DNA from: Amoebidium appalachense
Lineage: Eukaryota > Protista > Ichthyosporea
Direction of reading: 5' to 3'
NCBI GenBank assembly: GCA_963693365.1
Contig: CAVNZM010000002.1
Coordinates: forward strand, 3,054,259-3,118,258
Length of the DNA: 64,000 bases
The position numbers and the translations under genes are program-made. Shown piece after piece: positions 31,367-56,076 of the stretch (position 1 is its first letter; each line of letters starts with the position of its first letter). The notes below the pieces were generated by a model. It ran no database searches, had not been told where the DNA came from, and saw nothing but the letters and a program-made list of their open reading frames with translations.

Positions 31367-32836
31367 TCACGCTCTCAAATTAGCCTTGGTAAGTGGACGG
31401 TACTCAAACCCGGGGCCACGGGTCTCGTCATATCCCTCGGGGAAGATGATGCCATATTCATTTTTAGGTTGCAGGGTCACCGAATTGCCCGTTTTGGCAT
31501 ATGCGAATTTGCTTGGAATTTGGCCGCGGAGCATGGTATTGGTGTTGAATCTTGTCCCGGATTCGCCCGCATACATGCGGATCAGATATCCGTCGCCGCT
31601 TCGCGCAATGATTGTGTTGTTGTAGAACATGTTGTCTTTGAGCGGTTCGTTCTTGCCCTCCTTGCCCAACACTATGCAGTACCGGCAATTCACGATCAAA
31701 TTACGGTATATTCTGCCGCGGGTAGCTGCCTTGGTCAGTGCGTTACCACCCGAACCCAGAGCAATCGACCCGGTGCTGCTCGATTGGCTGTTTTCGCTCT
31801 CGATGTAATTATCAAAAACGAGGTTATCCTCACGGAAAATACGGATGCCGCCGCACCCGGGCTCGCGGTCACAAAAGATGTAGTTGTCCACAACGGTATT
31901 TTTGTTTCCGTTCCGAATTGTCAAACTCGAACCGCAGTTACGGAAGGTGTTTCTACGGATGGTGTTTCCGGACGATTTCACGCTGACCATCTCCTCGTCC
32001 GAGTCAATGTTATCAAACAGGTTAAACTCTACCAGGGTAGACACGTCGTGTGTGGGGTTAACTAGCCCCAGCTGAATAATTTCACCGCCGTTGGGCCACC
32101 CACCGCGCTTACGGGGCCCGAAATAATTGTAACCAATGTAGTGACCCCACGACGGGCGGGTGGACGCCTGCTGGCCAATTGCACGAATAAGCTCACCACG
32201 GCCGATTATGTTCGTGACGGAATTCCAGTCCACACGATGATTATTACCCCACATTTCCACAAGACACTGCTTCTTGTCTGTGTTAGTTGAGTAGAAACCA
32301 TCGAACTTGCAGTTCACAACGCGGTTCCCCTTGCTACCGGGTTGCATCGTAATGGCGGGTTCGTACCCGGAGTGCTTCCCGCGGAAAACGAGACTTTGAA
32401 TCTCTACGTAGCTTCCCGTGACGGAAATGTAACTGTTTCCTTTGAACACCACACAGTGCTCCTTTTCAGGCATGATAATAATGGGAAGGTCTGCACGGCC
32501 GCTCCTCTTTACGTTTATCTGCGCGTTGTTGTATTCACCGCAGTTTATAATTGCCGCGTCCCCCGCATTCAGAGACATACTGCTAATGCTCCCTGGTGAA
32601 CTAGTCGAGCGTTTTGCACCCGAGGGCTTGTACATGGATGGAGCTGTTTGAATGGGCCCCTGCCATTGTGTTGGTTGGGGAAGGTCGGATCCGGTGACCG
32701 CAGGGTCGAAGGTAAAGGTGGTTGTTTCGGTGGGTATTGGGCTAGGCTCTGTAAGAGTAGCAGAATCTTTGGCGGGGGCACCGGACGCCCCCAGAGCCAT
32801 AAGGGCTGCACATACTGCGGCAAGTTGAGGAAGCAT
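31367..32836 (-). CDS. Secreted polysaccharide lyase family 6 (chondroitinase B / alginate lyase-like beta-helix), intronless
   Basis: Motifs NHRVDWN, NGGEIIQLG, VEFNLFD...EEMVSVKSSGNTIRRNTF, SLTIRNGNKNTVVDN and GGIRIF..DNLVFDNY match the PL6 consensus. Signal peptide MLPQLAAVCAALMALGASG from the ATG at 32836. Confidence 0.85.
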   Translation of the reverse strand: MLPQLAAVCAALMALGASGAPAKDSATLTEPSPIPTETTTFTFDPAVTGSDLPQPTQWQGPIQTAPSMYKPSGAKRSTSSPGSISSMSLNAGDAAIINCGEYNNAQINVKRSGRADLPIIIMPEKEHCVVFKGNSYISVTGSYVEIQSLVFRGKHSGYEPAITMQPGSKGNRVVNCKFDGFYSTNTDKKQCLVEMWGNNHRVDWNSVTNIIGRGELIRAIGQQASTRPSWGHYIGYNYFGPRKRGGWPNGGEIIQLGLVNPTHDVSTLVEFNLFDNIDSDEEMVSVKSSGNTIRRNTFRNCGSSLTIRNGNKNTVVDNYIFCDREPGCGGIRIFREDNLVFDNYIESENSQSSSTGSIALGSGGNALTKAATRGRIYRNLIVNCRYCIVLGKEGKNEPLKDNMFYNNTIIARSGDGYLIRMYAGESGTRFNTNTMLRGQIPSKFAYAKTGNSVTLQPKNEYGIIFPEGYDETRGPGFEYRPLTKANLRA

Positions 32837-33926
32837 GGTGATGCCCTTTGTTTGTGGTGTAGTCAACAGCACAAAGTAGATTTTGTGAGTGTTGTCTCTG
32901 GGGAAAAAAGAAATTGCATGAACTCTCGTATTTCGTACGAGTTGAGCACGCAATGAGGTTGTGTGTGCGGGGGCCGCAGTATTTATGTGCTCGCAGGCGG
33001 CGCAACTTGCTGTTCGCGTCATAAGTAAGTGATGACTTGCAACCGCGTGGTGCAAGTTGAGCCAGTCAGCGTGCCGTGTGTAGGTCTAAATATGTGGTGG
33101 TTGCGTAAGCGGCAATACGTTTGCCGGGAGGGTAACAGTTGGTTGGTCAAAGTCTTCTTTCTGGTATTTTTAGAACAACGGCGTGGACGCCGTCGACTCC
33201 ATGGAGTTCACTAAAGCTTGCAAATCAAAATACTGTAAATGAAAAAAGGGTTAAAAGAGCTAATATTAACTTTTTGTGATATCTTAAAAACTTATTTCTG
33301 CTTCTCACCTCCTCCTCCTTTCTTTTTGTAAGCAATATGTACAGGCGCAATGTGGCCTCAAGCCTTGGAGAGCGGTCCATCCAGTTCTACCATTTCTCTG
33401 TGTTTGATTCGCTAACTATCATGGACTAAAAAGCTAGCTAATCAAGGAAGGTGCGGCATTGCAGCGGCAAATTTTAGAAGCACCGGAGTCACTGCACATA
33501 AACAAAACTTTAAGGATATGGGGCTTGTCTAAGGAACGCAAAGAGTACAGTAAATTTCTTATAGTTTTCAAGGAAAAAAAATGCGGGAATGCTTGCGTGC
33601 ATTTTTTTCTTTGAAAAAGGAAGCGACGACCTTGTCACAGTGTTCTTGAATCTTGACCATCAGTTCTCGATTAGTGATTGGCTAAAGGCATGATGCCGAA
33701 TTAGCCAATTAGCGACATCTTAGATCTATGACGTTATTTCTGGATGTGTTGGTGTGTTTTGTTGTGATTCAACTGACCCAGCCAGCATTTTTTTTGCTGG
33801 AGTAGAATCCAAAAATGGTAGAGCGTGCTATTTACAAGTTCAAAAAAAGTACTCAAATGTGCATGTGCTTACATATTTGCTGGTTTAAGCCCCCTAATTA
33901 GTGTGCACTTCGCATAAATAGTTGGG

Positions 33927-36279
<2,353 letters not shown>

Positions 36280-36476
36280 TGCTGGGGTTTACGCTGTTTA
36301 CTCGAGGCAAAGAGAAACCAGTCTCAGGTATGGGGGGGGTTTTGCTCGGAATATCCCCTTAGCGGTATATCATGATCACGTACATATGTCGGGTGATGAC
36401 TATATATCAGGGTTTACTTTTTCTACGAGACACCATAAGGACTAAGAGAAATCAATTACATAGTTGGGGTTCCCCG

Positions 36477-38070
<1,594 letters not shown>

Positions 38071-38126
38071 TATATGTCTGAGAGAACTATAAGTGCGGAA
38101 GCCCTCAAGAGTCTATGCCTTGCTTG

Positions 38127-38165
<39 letters not shown>

Positions 38166-38335
38166 CTCCCTCCCTTCCCCCCGTCCCCTCCCCTTCCCTC
38201 CCTCGGACAGCCCCATCCCCCCCCCATCCCCCCCCCTCCCCCCCCCCTCCCCTCCCCCCCCCCCCCTCCCCCCAACCATCATCCCCTCCGGCCCCTCCGG
38301 CCCCTCCCCCCCTTCCCCCCCCCCCCTCCCCCCCT

Positions 38336-38516
38336 GGCTAAGGGGTCGAAACTCAGACGCAATTGATGACATGGGTCCTCCCTGAGGATGGGCTCTGCTT
38401 ATGACGCATACTGTGCACATGGCTGATGTTGCATACTTGAATGTTTGCCTTTGCATGCGTCCTGCACCATGCTTCTCGTCGTGTATGCGTACTTCGTGCC
38501 GTGTTCCGCATTCAAA
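38336..38516 (+). mobile_element. Poly(C)-associated retroposon, copy D
   Basis: Starts right after a long C-rich tract, is nearly identical to 38788-38969, and ends gcattcaaa+C7. Confidence 0.8.
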
Positions 38517-38523
38517 CCCCCCC

Positions 38524-38969
38524 AGTCTTCTTTCAGAGGTGTCCTTTCAGGACAGACCACTGTGTGGAGACCGCTTTACTTCCATGCAACCGGGCATGGT
38601 TGCTCTGTGTCGTGCATCTGTAAGCACATACGCATTTTTCGCTGCACTGCATTAGTTTGCACACACATCTTCACCGTTTTGCTCACCTTGCTTGCATAAG
38701 CAACCCTGCTCGTCTTTGATCAAGACGGGTTGACCCGCCCAAGTTCAGTTGATGCTGCTGTCTGAGTTGGAGCGTCGTATATACGCGGGCTAAGGGGTCG
38801 AAACTCAGACGCAATTGATGACTTGGGTCCTCCCTGAGGATGGGCTCTGCTTATGACGCATACTGTGCACATGGCTGATGTTGCATATTTGAATGTTTGC
38901 CTTTGCATGCGTCCTGCACCATGCTTCTCGTCGTGTATGCGTGGCTTCGTACCGTGTTCCGCATTCAAA
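38524..38969 (+). mobile_element. Poly(C)-associated retroposon, copy E (full structured core), in tandem with copy D
   Basis: Begins directly after the C run that ends copy D, contains the core ~38693-38858 homologous to 7743-7904, and ends gcattcaaa+poly(C). Confidence 0.8.
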
Positions 38970-39842
38970 CCCCCTCCCCCCCCCCCCCCCCAAAAAAAAA
39001 AAAGAAAAAAAACATCCTGCCCCTCCCCCTCCTCCTTCGAATTTCCAACCCCCGGTCCCTCCCCTCCTCCCCCCCCTCCTCTTCAACCCTCCAGCACATG
39101 TGTACATGCAGTACACACATACCTACACAGGCAATGACACACACACGCATGCATATACACCCGCACACGCACACACGCACACACGCACGCGCGCACACAC
39201 ACACATACATGTACACACACACACATACTAACAGACACAGACTCTGTGTATACATGTACGCACGCGTCAGTATCGGATACACACGCGTACGTACATGTAT
39301 ACACATGCACACACACACACGTGCACACACCACACGCTCCCACACACACACACAGTCACATACACATGCACACACACAATAGTCAAAAACACGGCGTCAC
39401 GCACCCACGCCCAAAATACAAACAGCACAGGCACACACACACACACGTGACACACTACGATATGCACATCCAACACCCACACGCACACACACATATCGCA
39501 CACGGCAAAGATAACGCACATATTATGCCGCATCCATTTACGCACACCGTGAAACAATTATAAGGTCGTTAAGCACACATTGCCACATACACATGTACAC
39601 GCACACACACGTACACACACACACGCGCGCGCGCGCGCACGCACACACGCACGCACATGCACACACGCACCCACGTACGTGCACGCACACGCACACACAT
39701 GCATGCAGCCACGCACCATGCATGCACGCATGCACACACACACGGGCACGCACAGACAACACACACACACATACGCACACACAACACACACACACACACA
39801 CGCACACACGCACAGACAACACACACACACATACGCGCACAC

Positions 39843-39883
<41 letters not shown>

Positions 39884-40000
39884 ATAAATGCACACACGTG
39901 ACAACACACACACATGCCGCATGTTATACGAACACACAACACACACACAATGTCCCCCCCCCCCCCCCCCCCCACACACACACACATGTCCACACACACA

Positions 40001-40055
<55 letters not shown>

Positions 40056-41073
40056 CACGTACACACATACACACATGTACAGTGTACACACCATCCGGCT
40101 ACTTCGCCAAAAACCATCATTATTATAACTTCCCGTATAAAAGCCACTGAGTGATTCAATAATGAGGCGGCTAGACCAGCGCAAGATTCGATCGTAGAAG
40201 TGTTTAATTTATAATCGGATCCGAGAGTGAATATGCAATCAATACTAATTAGGATGGCATGTCATGATATACTGGAAACTATGTTCTAATATTAGAGATG
40301 TTCTCTAAAACGCACGGAAATGTCAGCTAAAGTGTGCGGAGACCTTGGAGAAAATTTCGATGCTAGGCCAACGACAATGTAAGCCGTTGAAGTATTTTAC
40401 ATCTGAGAACCCTAAAGTCATATACACACGGCAGGGGGAGGGGGGGAGGGGGGGGGGGGGGGGGGGGGGGGGGGAGGGGGGGGGGGGGGGGGGGGGCGGC
40501 TGTAAATGCTCTAAAGGTATGTACATGAAAAACGGAGACCAAGCAGCTTTTTTGTGTGTATGTACTGGCACGCGTGTCTGTGCCCGCGTCATAAGTGTGC
40601 CCATGAACGACTTGAATGTATGTGTATGGGTTTGCGTGCGTGTGTGTGTGGTGGGGGGGTTCAAGTGGGGGGGGGGGGGGGGGGGGGGTTAATTGGGGGG
40701 GAGGAGGTGGGGATTGGCAAGAGAGGCAGTAAAGCGAAAAAAGAGCAGGGAAAGGGGTGGTGATCATCAGTTGGTCCGACCTTGGTCGATGATGAGGCAC
40801 CCAGTGGTGCCCATGGCACTGGCCCCAAGTTGAAGCAATAGCGATGACAAATGGTCTAATCAGAATCGGATATTTCGTTTTTTCAAATCTGAGAAACATG
40901 CCTGAGAGTGATTACATAAGGTCAGTCTAAACCAAGAACGATGATGCCATGTGATTGGCAATGAACCCCCCCCCCGCCCCCCACCCTCCCCCCCACGCAA
41001 TGGCCCTTCTTACATTTTCTTTCACCCCACCTCCTCCTTAGGCTCATCGTTCCCTGTTCTTGCTTTTTTTCTT

Positions 41074-41112
<39 letters not shown>

Positions 41113-41344
41113 GGCCCTCCTCACCGCGCTCATCTGCTCATCTCTCCCCCGGCCTCCCCCTCCCTCCCCACCCTAAAGCTCCACCTCCCCAAACCACAAA
41201 CCCCACCGTGGCCAATAGTGTGCACTTATTAATTAACCGCTGTCTTGCAACTGAGAGGGGGACATTTTGCTCCACCAAGTTTTATATTATGGCTGGTACA
41301 CATCTTTGGATTTCTGTGCATGATCCCCCCCCCCCCCCCCCGGG

Positions 41345-41409
<65 letters not shown>

Positions 41410-41636
41410 ACACACACACACGCACACACACCGTGTCCCGGGCCCGCTTTCCTTCTGTCCCTGACAATTTCCCCCTGCTCCATCACCCTACCCTTGTCAG
41501 TGTGTTCTAGCAAGCACAGTCACCGTAAGAGGGCGTGTTGAAACATTTTCGTGCAAGAATATGATTGCCGAATTTTGTGCCCTACCAAACACGCCATTGC
41601 ATGCGTATATATAATGCACGTGTAATCTCTTTATAC

Positions 41637-41835
41637 GGAGATTGCACCACATAAAGGCACCACGGAGTTTGCACCATAAGTAGGCACAGCCGGAGATTGC
41701 ACCATATATAGGCACAGCTGGAGATCGCACCATATATTGGCACAGCCGGAAATCGCACCACATATAGGCACAGCCGGAGATCGCACCATATATAAGCACT
41801 GCCGCAGAAAATACCATATATGGATGCATAGCTGG
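41637..41835. repeat. Minisatellite, ~28-bp unit ggagatcgcaccatatataggcacagcc, about 7 degenerate copies
   Basis: Head-to-tail repeats visible directly, with no spacers. Confidence 0.85.
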
Positions 41836-42795
41836 TAAGTATGTGGTGGTGTTTCGCTAAACAATGTACGTTAACTATGTTTGAGTAGAGTTTCTTTCCT
41901 CCTTTTCTTTCTTTCGAGTCTTCATCACTTCTTCCTTTGGGTTTGTGCGTGCGTGCGTACAGCGTACATGTTTTCCGTGCACGCGGGCGGAGGGGGAGGG
42001 CAGGGGCTCGAGGGGCGGGGGGAGGGGGGGGGGGGGGGGTTGGCAATGAGAATTCGATGATGTGCACACCAGGTCGATAGGGATTTATAGCACGGACAGA
42101 TGTCTGGACAACACGGTCAAGGCGGGGCAGGAGGAGCAGGGCCTGTTGTGGCAATGATGTGGGTGTGTGGGTGGGTGGGTGGGATGCTTGGGAGAGGGAC
42201 AGGGGGGAGGAGTGGCGGGGAGGAAGAGGGGGGTGTTGTGCACCTAAATTACAAACCGAATCATACGAAATCTACAACTGTTGGTCTCAGACAAAACTGA
42301 GTGCCTTGCCTGCCCTTCTCCTTTGTATGTGTTTGGTGTGACCCAGGTAACTACATATGTATGTGTGTTGGGCGCAAGGTAATTAGTAATAGTGGGCCGG
42401 GGGGGGGGGGGGGGGGGGGGGGGAAAGGGTATAGAGGGATCGGCAGCCAAACACGTGGATGTTTTCAATCTACTCTACATTTTCCACTCCTGCCCTGAAT
42501 TTAGCAGCATAAATCAAACACCAAGGGTGGTAAGTCTACAGCGAATACATGCTTTCTAGGTGGTTACTTCCTGGATATACTTGTCGTTTGCTTTATGGAT
42601 GCGCATTTCCACTACTTGAACCAAACTACTCGAACTGACAAGTAATATCGGCCCATAGTGCTTTTTTTTTTTTTTTTGGTGCCGCTTGTTCACACAACAT
42701 GTAGGACCTGGTGCACACCCCCCTGTCCCCCTCTCCCCATCACACCCTTTTTTTGTTGCCTTCCTTTTTTTTTTTTTTGTTATCTCCCCACCTCC

Positions 42796-42830
<35 letters not shown>

Positions 42831-43052
42831 TTCCCCTCCGGACTCCGTGACTGTGTTGGTAAGTTTGCCCCTTAGTTCGTCACATAGCTGACCACACTCC
42901 AATTCTTCACTGCTCGGTTCGTATTGCATTCTTGCCTGCCTCGCCGTTTGTGTACATGTTTTTGCTCCTCACACCGTGTATCATTTGGTGTCTGCAGGGA
43001 CATACACTCTCCCACACCTCGAGCCTTCTCCTGCCCACCCAAACCTTATCCC

Positions 43053-44171
43053 TTAAGGTTTGCCATTGATGGGAATCCTGATGGCAAAGCGAGTGGATGC
43101 AGCCTTTGTGGTCCGCAAGCTCTCCGCCACCCCCTCAGGAATAACGTCAGCAAAAATCTTGCTGACCTTCTTGGCCAAGAAGAGAGAGTACTTTCCCTCC
43201 AGCTTCACAATGGATGTGCTTGCCCATCTCTTTTCCTTGTTTTCATCTTCACAAGCAGGAAGATGATCAAGAGGCATGGGTTTCATTTCTGCATCCCAGT
43301 TGGGATCATAGAAAAAGGGCACCGTCATGCGGTCCGAGGCTTGTGTGTTCTTTGCACGGTGGCGCATGCTTTTGAATCTGCCTCCCGTCATGCGATCAAG
43401 CACATCACCCACATTGCATATCATGGCAGCCTCATCAAAGGGCACATCGACCCATCCCTTTTCTGGATGTTCGAATTGCAGGCCAGGGGCAAACTGCTTG
43501 AGCAGTGTCCAGAGCCCGTAATCAGTGTGGGCGCCTATGCCCCACTGTTCAACCTTTTCACCCTCTCCCGTTACTATTTTTTCTGTGGATGGAGGGTAGT
43601 TGAACAACCGTACCAACGCAATGGGATCACCAAGCGTCACATGTTCGTTGATGTACTGGGGGTCAAGCCCCAACGACAGAGAAACAAGCTCCATGAGCCT
43701 GTTCCCCAGCTGTGTAACATCATCGATGTACTTCAACACAGCCGAGCGGAGCTCTGGCACAGTTTCATCAGGGAATTGGTTTTTCCCGTACAGCGGCGTG
43801 CGCGCAATTACACGGGGATCACATTCTTCATGTTCTGGGCCCACGTATAGCCCTTCCTTCTGGTCGGTCTTGCCGTGAGTCCTCTCCCCACCCTGGGGCA
43901 TGTAGCCCCTCCAAGCAACGCCGCCGTTTTGCACATGAAGCTTCAGCTTTTCTTCCAAGGGAAGGTTGAAGAAACGCCTCCCGCTCTCGTGTATGTTCTT
44001 CTGGACGTCGACGGGAGCTCCGTGGCCAACACAGAGGAACGCGCCCCAGGACGAGCAGGCGTCGTAGAGTTGCGCAGCCACGAGTTTCGCTCCCTCGCTG
44101 TTCCCGTCGATCGGGGTATGGAGGGAAACCAGGGCCGGGCTGATGTCGACAACGGGGAATGCGGCCGCCAT
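43053..44171 (-). CDS. 2-oxoglutarate/Fe(II)-dependent dioxygenase, isopenicillin N synthase-like family (DIOX_N + 2OG-FeII_Oxy), intronless
   Basis: FPVVDIS...AC...G.F...GHG and FF.LP.EEK motifs; HTDYG (HxD), NVGDVLDRMTGGRFKSMRHR (distal His) and R.TVPFF. Start MAAAFPVVD at 44171. Confidence 0.92.
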   Translation of the reverse strand: MAAAFPVVDISPALVSLHTPIDGNSEGAKLVAAQLYDACSSWGAFLCVGHGAPVDVQKNIHESGRRFFNLPLEEKLKLHVQNGGVAWRGYMPQGGERTHGKTDQKEGLYVGPEHEECDPRVIARTPLYGKNQFPDETVPELRSAVLKYIDDVTQLGNRLMELVSLSLGLDPQYINEHVTLGDPIALVRLFNYPPSTEKIVTGEGEKVEQWGIGAHTDYGLWTLLKQFAPGLQFEHPEKGWVDVPFDEAAMICNVGDVLDRMTGGRFKSMRHRAKNTQASDRMTVPFFYDPNWDAEMKPMPLDHLPACEDENKEKRWASTSIVKLEGKYSLFLAKKVSKIFADVIPEGVAESLRTTKAASTRFAIRIPINGKP

Positions 44172-45615
44172 TTTTGCACACAAGAAAGAGAATGAGGGGG
44201 AAAAAAAGTACGACTCTGTCAAAGCTTTGAACCTCTTCGTTGTGTGCCAGCGAAAGAAAAACTTTATGAGTTATGACCCATGATTTTTTCTTCTTTTTTC
44301 TTTTATGTCTCAGGGACTCTCAGGGAGTGTCAATCAAAGCGGCAAAAGTGCTCCATGAACATACTTCAATCAAAACGAGATAGAATGTCGTACTTCCGAT
44401 CCGCGAGATCTGCGGGATGACACAACCCATAAGGGCCAAAAAAAAAAAAAAAAAAAAAGGCTTTTGCATACAATCCTATTTGTATAAAGAAGCAATATAT
44501 ATTTATATTAATATTTTACTTTTCTGAATCCGCTGAATTTGAAAATATGCGTGCAGACGACATGGTATTGCCGTAGAACTACCGTAATAATGGTTGCCCC
44601 AATCATTAGTGACCGCGTGACGAGTTCTGAGTCCGCATCGTCGAATTCCTACTAGGTATCATAGCCTAGCCATATAATTGTTTTCACACAGACAAATTAG
44701 CCTATACATTGTATACAAGCCAGGCGTTACAAATAAAGTAGCACAATATATGGAAAGACGCACGTGTACTTGTGCACATATGTACAGTGCAGTATGCTGC
44801 ATGTCTGTTTATATTGCATGAACGAGAGTGATATCAGCCAGGAGTCCTAGGACCAGCCTCCAGGGTTTGGAAAAATGTATTACGTGATATAGTAACCAAA
44901 TATAGCAGGTGTCGGACTAGAATCTGTTTTTATTGGTTTACCACCACCAATTATCAGCACGTATTTCTGAGCCACTGTAGCGCACAGAAACACAAAAAAG
45001 GATCTTTCAAGTAACCAAAAACAGTGCACAAGCGTCGATGTTTCTGTCGTTGACAAATGCGTGTCTTTGTTTTCCAAAATATTTCTGATATTACTTTCCA
45101 ACACTATTCATATGGAGAGACTGGCTATGCTGGTTTTTGATGTGGACATAGGCAAGGCGCATATGTGACTTGTATGCGAGAGTGGAAGTGAGAGTTCATC
45201 TTCTTGATTGTTTTCCCTTCGACAGCACGAGCGCAACTATTTAAGTTTTTATTCTAAGCAGTTTCTATGTATACGTAGGGGATACGGTTTTATGTATTCA
45301 CTTACACACACCAACACTGCTGCAACCGGTGTTGTAAGGTCAGTCCTAAAGACCGTCGGCATAATTTATGCTTTTCGACGTGTTGTGTGTAAGATCTACT
45401 TGAACCCCCAAACCGGGTAAAACTTGAATTTTTTTGTTAAGAGCTTTTCGTTTACTTTTGTTTTAGTAACACCAAGTAGCCTTTATTAACGACTCTGTCG
45501 TCTAGATGAAGTGAGCACGCCTTTTTAGTAGCGCAGCCCCTTTAGCTCAGTGGGGAACAAAGAAGGGAAAGGACGAGACCGTTGAATATTTTTGCGCAGT
45601 AGAATATTAGCCAAC

Positions 45616-53566
<7,951 letters not shown>

Positions 53567-53849
53567 AAAAATTTCAAAATTTCCCCCGTTGTGGTTTTGT
53601 TTTTTTCCAAACATGGTTCCCTTTATTTTCTCGTTCGCTTTTCTGTTTCAGTCTTGCTTTGTGCTTTTGTTTCAATGTGTTTGGCTTCTGTAGGTACTCA
53701 AATCAGTGTACATTTGTGTCCCCCCCCCCCCCCCCCCCCCCTCCCCGGGGCTCTCTGGGTGTTCGTGTTTATATAGATCCTTTCTGTCCGTTGTGCCTCT
53801 GTGCAGTGTCCGCATCGTGTGCTCTCACTTTCTCCCTTTCCTCCTTCAT

Positions 53850-53881
<32 letters not shown>

Positions 53882-54244
53882 CTCCAACTGTTTCCTCCCT
53901 CCACTTTTTCCTCCCCCCCCCCCCCCCCCCCCCATCTCTCCCTTCCTTTCTCACTCTTTCTCTCGGTTCCTCTCTTTGGCTCCCCCTGTCTCTTCCTCCC
54001 TCCCGCTCTCTCTCTCTCTCTCTCGGGCTCACTCATTTCTCTGATCCTTCGCTCGATCCCTCACTCCACATACACTCATGCGTGCGCGCACAAACACACA
54101 CACACTCTTTTCTCACCTCCCCTTCCTACCTCCCTTCCTGCCCTGACACTTTCCTTCCTCCCTCACTCCCTCTCTCCTTCCCTCCCTCCCTCCATCCATC
54201 CATCCATTTCTCTCGCACTCGCACTCGCTCTCCCTCTCTCTATC

Positions 54245-54280
<36 letters not shown>

Positions 54281-55064
54281 CAGGCCCTCTCACCGTCTCC
54301 TTCCTGCACACCCCCTACCCCCTTCACTACCTCACTCTATCCCCCCTGTTCCCGTTTTGTCTGTCCGATCTCCTCTGTGCCATTTTTCCTGCCCTTTCCA
54401 TTGCTTTTCTTCTGCATTCCTCCCTCTGTGGTTGCCTATACATACACAAAGCGGTTGTCAGAACCTGCACATCAACTATTATCGTGCACGAACAATACAA
54501 GTAATGTGGCCAACGATACCTCCCTCTTTTTTTTCTTTCTCCCCCTCGATATGTGTGTCTCCTGTGTTATATCCAAGACCCACTCATCAAATCATATGCA
54601 CTTACAAACTTGGCTTGGTATGGTTTTTCTTTTTGTTGGGTGTGCCTGTCCAACCTTACCCTCCATATGCATCAACACTATACCCAACCCACTATGTCTC
54701 TGTGCTGGCTTGCACTGTGTTGCTGGTTTTAGGGCGTGTCTGTAACATCGTTTTTCCGGCCAAAGGATTCACCTATGCAACCGTTTTTACTTATTCATTT
54801 ATTTGTGTATTTATTTATTATTATTATTATTGTTGATTATGGAGCTTTCAATACCGTCAGTGTGTGTAGGCAGGCTTGTCTTATGAAGTAACTAATACCT
54901 CCCCCCCCCCCCCCCCCCCCCCCCCCCCTCTGTCTATCCCCTGCAGCTCGCGAATACGACCACGTGTATTCTGCTGACATTAGTCAAGATAAACTCCAAG
55001 GCTTGGATATACGCGAGAATACGAGAATGTACGAGAATGTGTAAATTTGCCAGTCTATCTTTTC

Positions 55065-55101
<37 letters not shown>

Positions 55102-55574
55102 TACACAGGGTGAAAGCCACCCTGTCCAGGTGTCGTTTGTTTCCGATATTTTTTTGGTTTCTGGGAAAGTCGAGCAAGAACATTGCTTCGGTGTTGGGGA
55201 TACCAAGAATATTTTCCGCTTTTAATCGATATAGGCATTTGTCAATGAAGTTATTTAGGCAGCAGGCTTTTTCCTGTGCAGAGATATGCTTTGTTTTTTT
55301 GAGGCTCTAAGATTCGTACTGGCCAATGCGATTATCTTTGTGTACATGTGACGCGCAGTTTGGGAATGGCTAAGGGAACAATGGAATTGTTTGACACAAG
55401 GCACTAATATAGAGGCTACGCCTCGAGCTCTTGTTTTGTATCCCGGGCCCCTCCCCCCCCCCCTCCCCTCCCCACCCTCAGCGTGTGATGTACTGCCCCG
55501 CACCCCTCACATGCACACACAAACCACAGAGACACACACACAGAGAGAGAGAGAGGGGGGGGGGGGGGGGGGGA

Positions 55575-55613
<39 letters not shown>

Positions 55614-55667
55614 GGTGAAAGAGAGATGTGGGGGAGGGGGGGGGGGGGGGGGGGGGAGAGAGAGAGA

Positions 55668-55704
55668 GAGTCGACACAGAGAGAGAGAGGGGGGGGGGGA
55701 AGGG

Positions 55705-55758
<54 letters not shown>

Positions 55759-56021
55759 CCTCCCTCTCTCTCCCCTCCCCCCCCCCTCCCCCCCCCCCAA
55801 CCCCCGCCCTTCTCTATCCGCTCCGCCCCCGCTCTCTCTATCTCACCCTCCCCCCCCCCTCCTCCCCCTCCCCCCAAACACCCAACCCGGACGTTTCCAA
55901 TAATCTTCGTTCTATATCCCCGGCTGAGACTCTACTAAGCTATATGTAGTAAATTCCTCTGTGTTTCAGGCTGTTGAAGGGAAGTGAGTCGACACAGAGA
56001 GAGAGAGGGGGGGGGGGAAGG

Positions 56022-56076
<55 letters not shown>

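Noticed and set aside
38795-38850. Hammerhead ribozyme reading of the retroposon core (GAAAC...GUC...CUGAGGA)
   Set aside because: Only 4 nt (ctcc) separate GUC from CUGAGGA, so stem I cannot form. The stem II closing pair is mismatched, and copies A and B have GCC instead of GUC.
45536-45600. tRNA-like start gcccctttagctcagtgg
   Set aside because: It has an A-box-like 5' end only, with no anticodon arm, no GTTC T-loop and no matching acceptor 3' strand.
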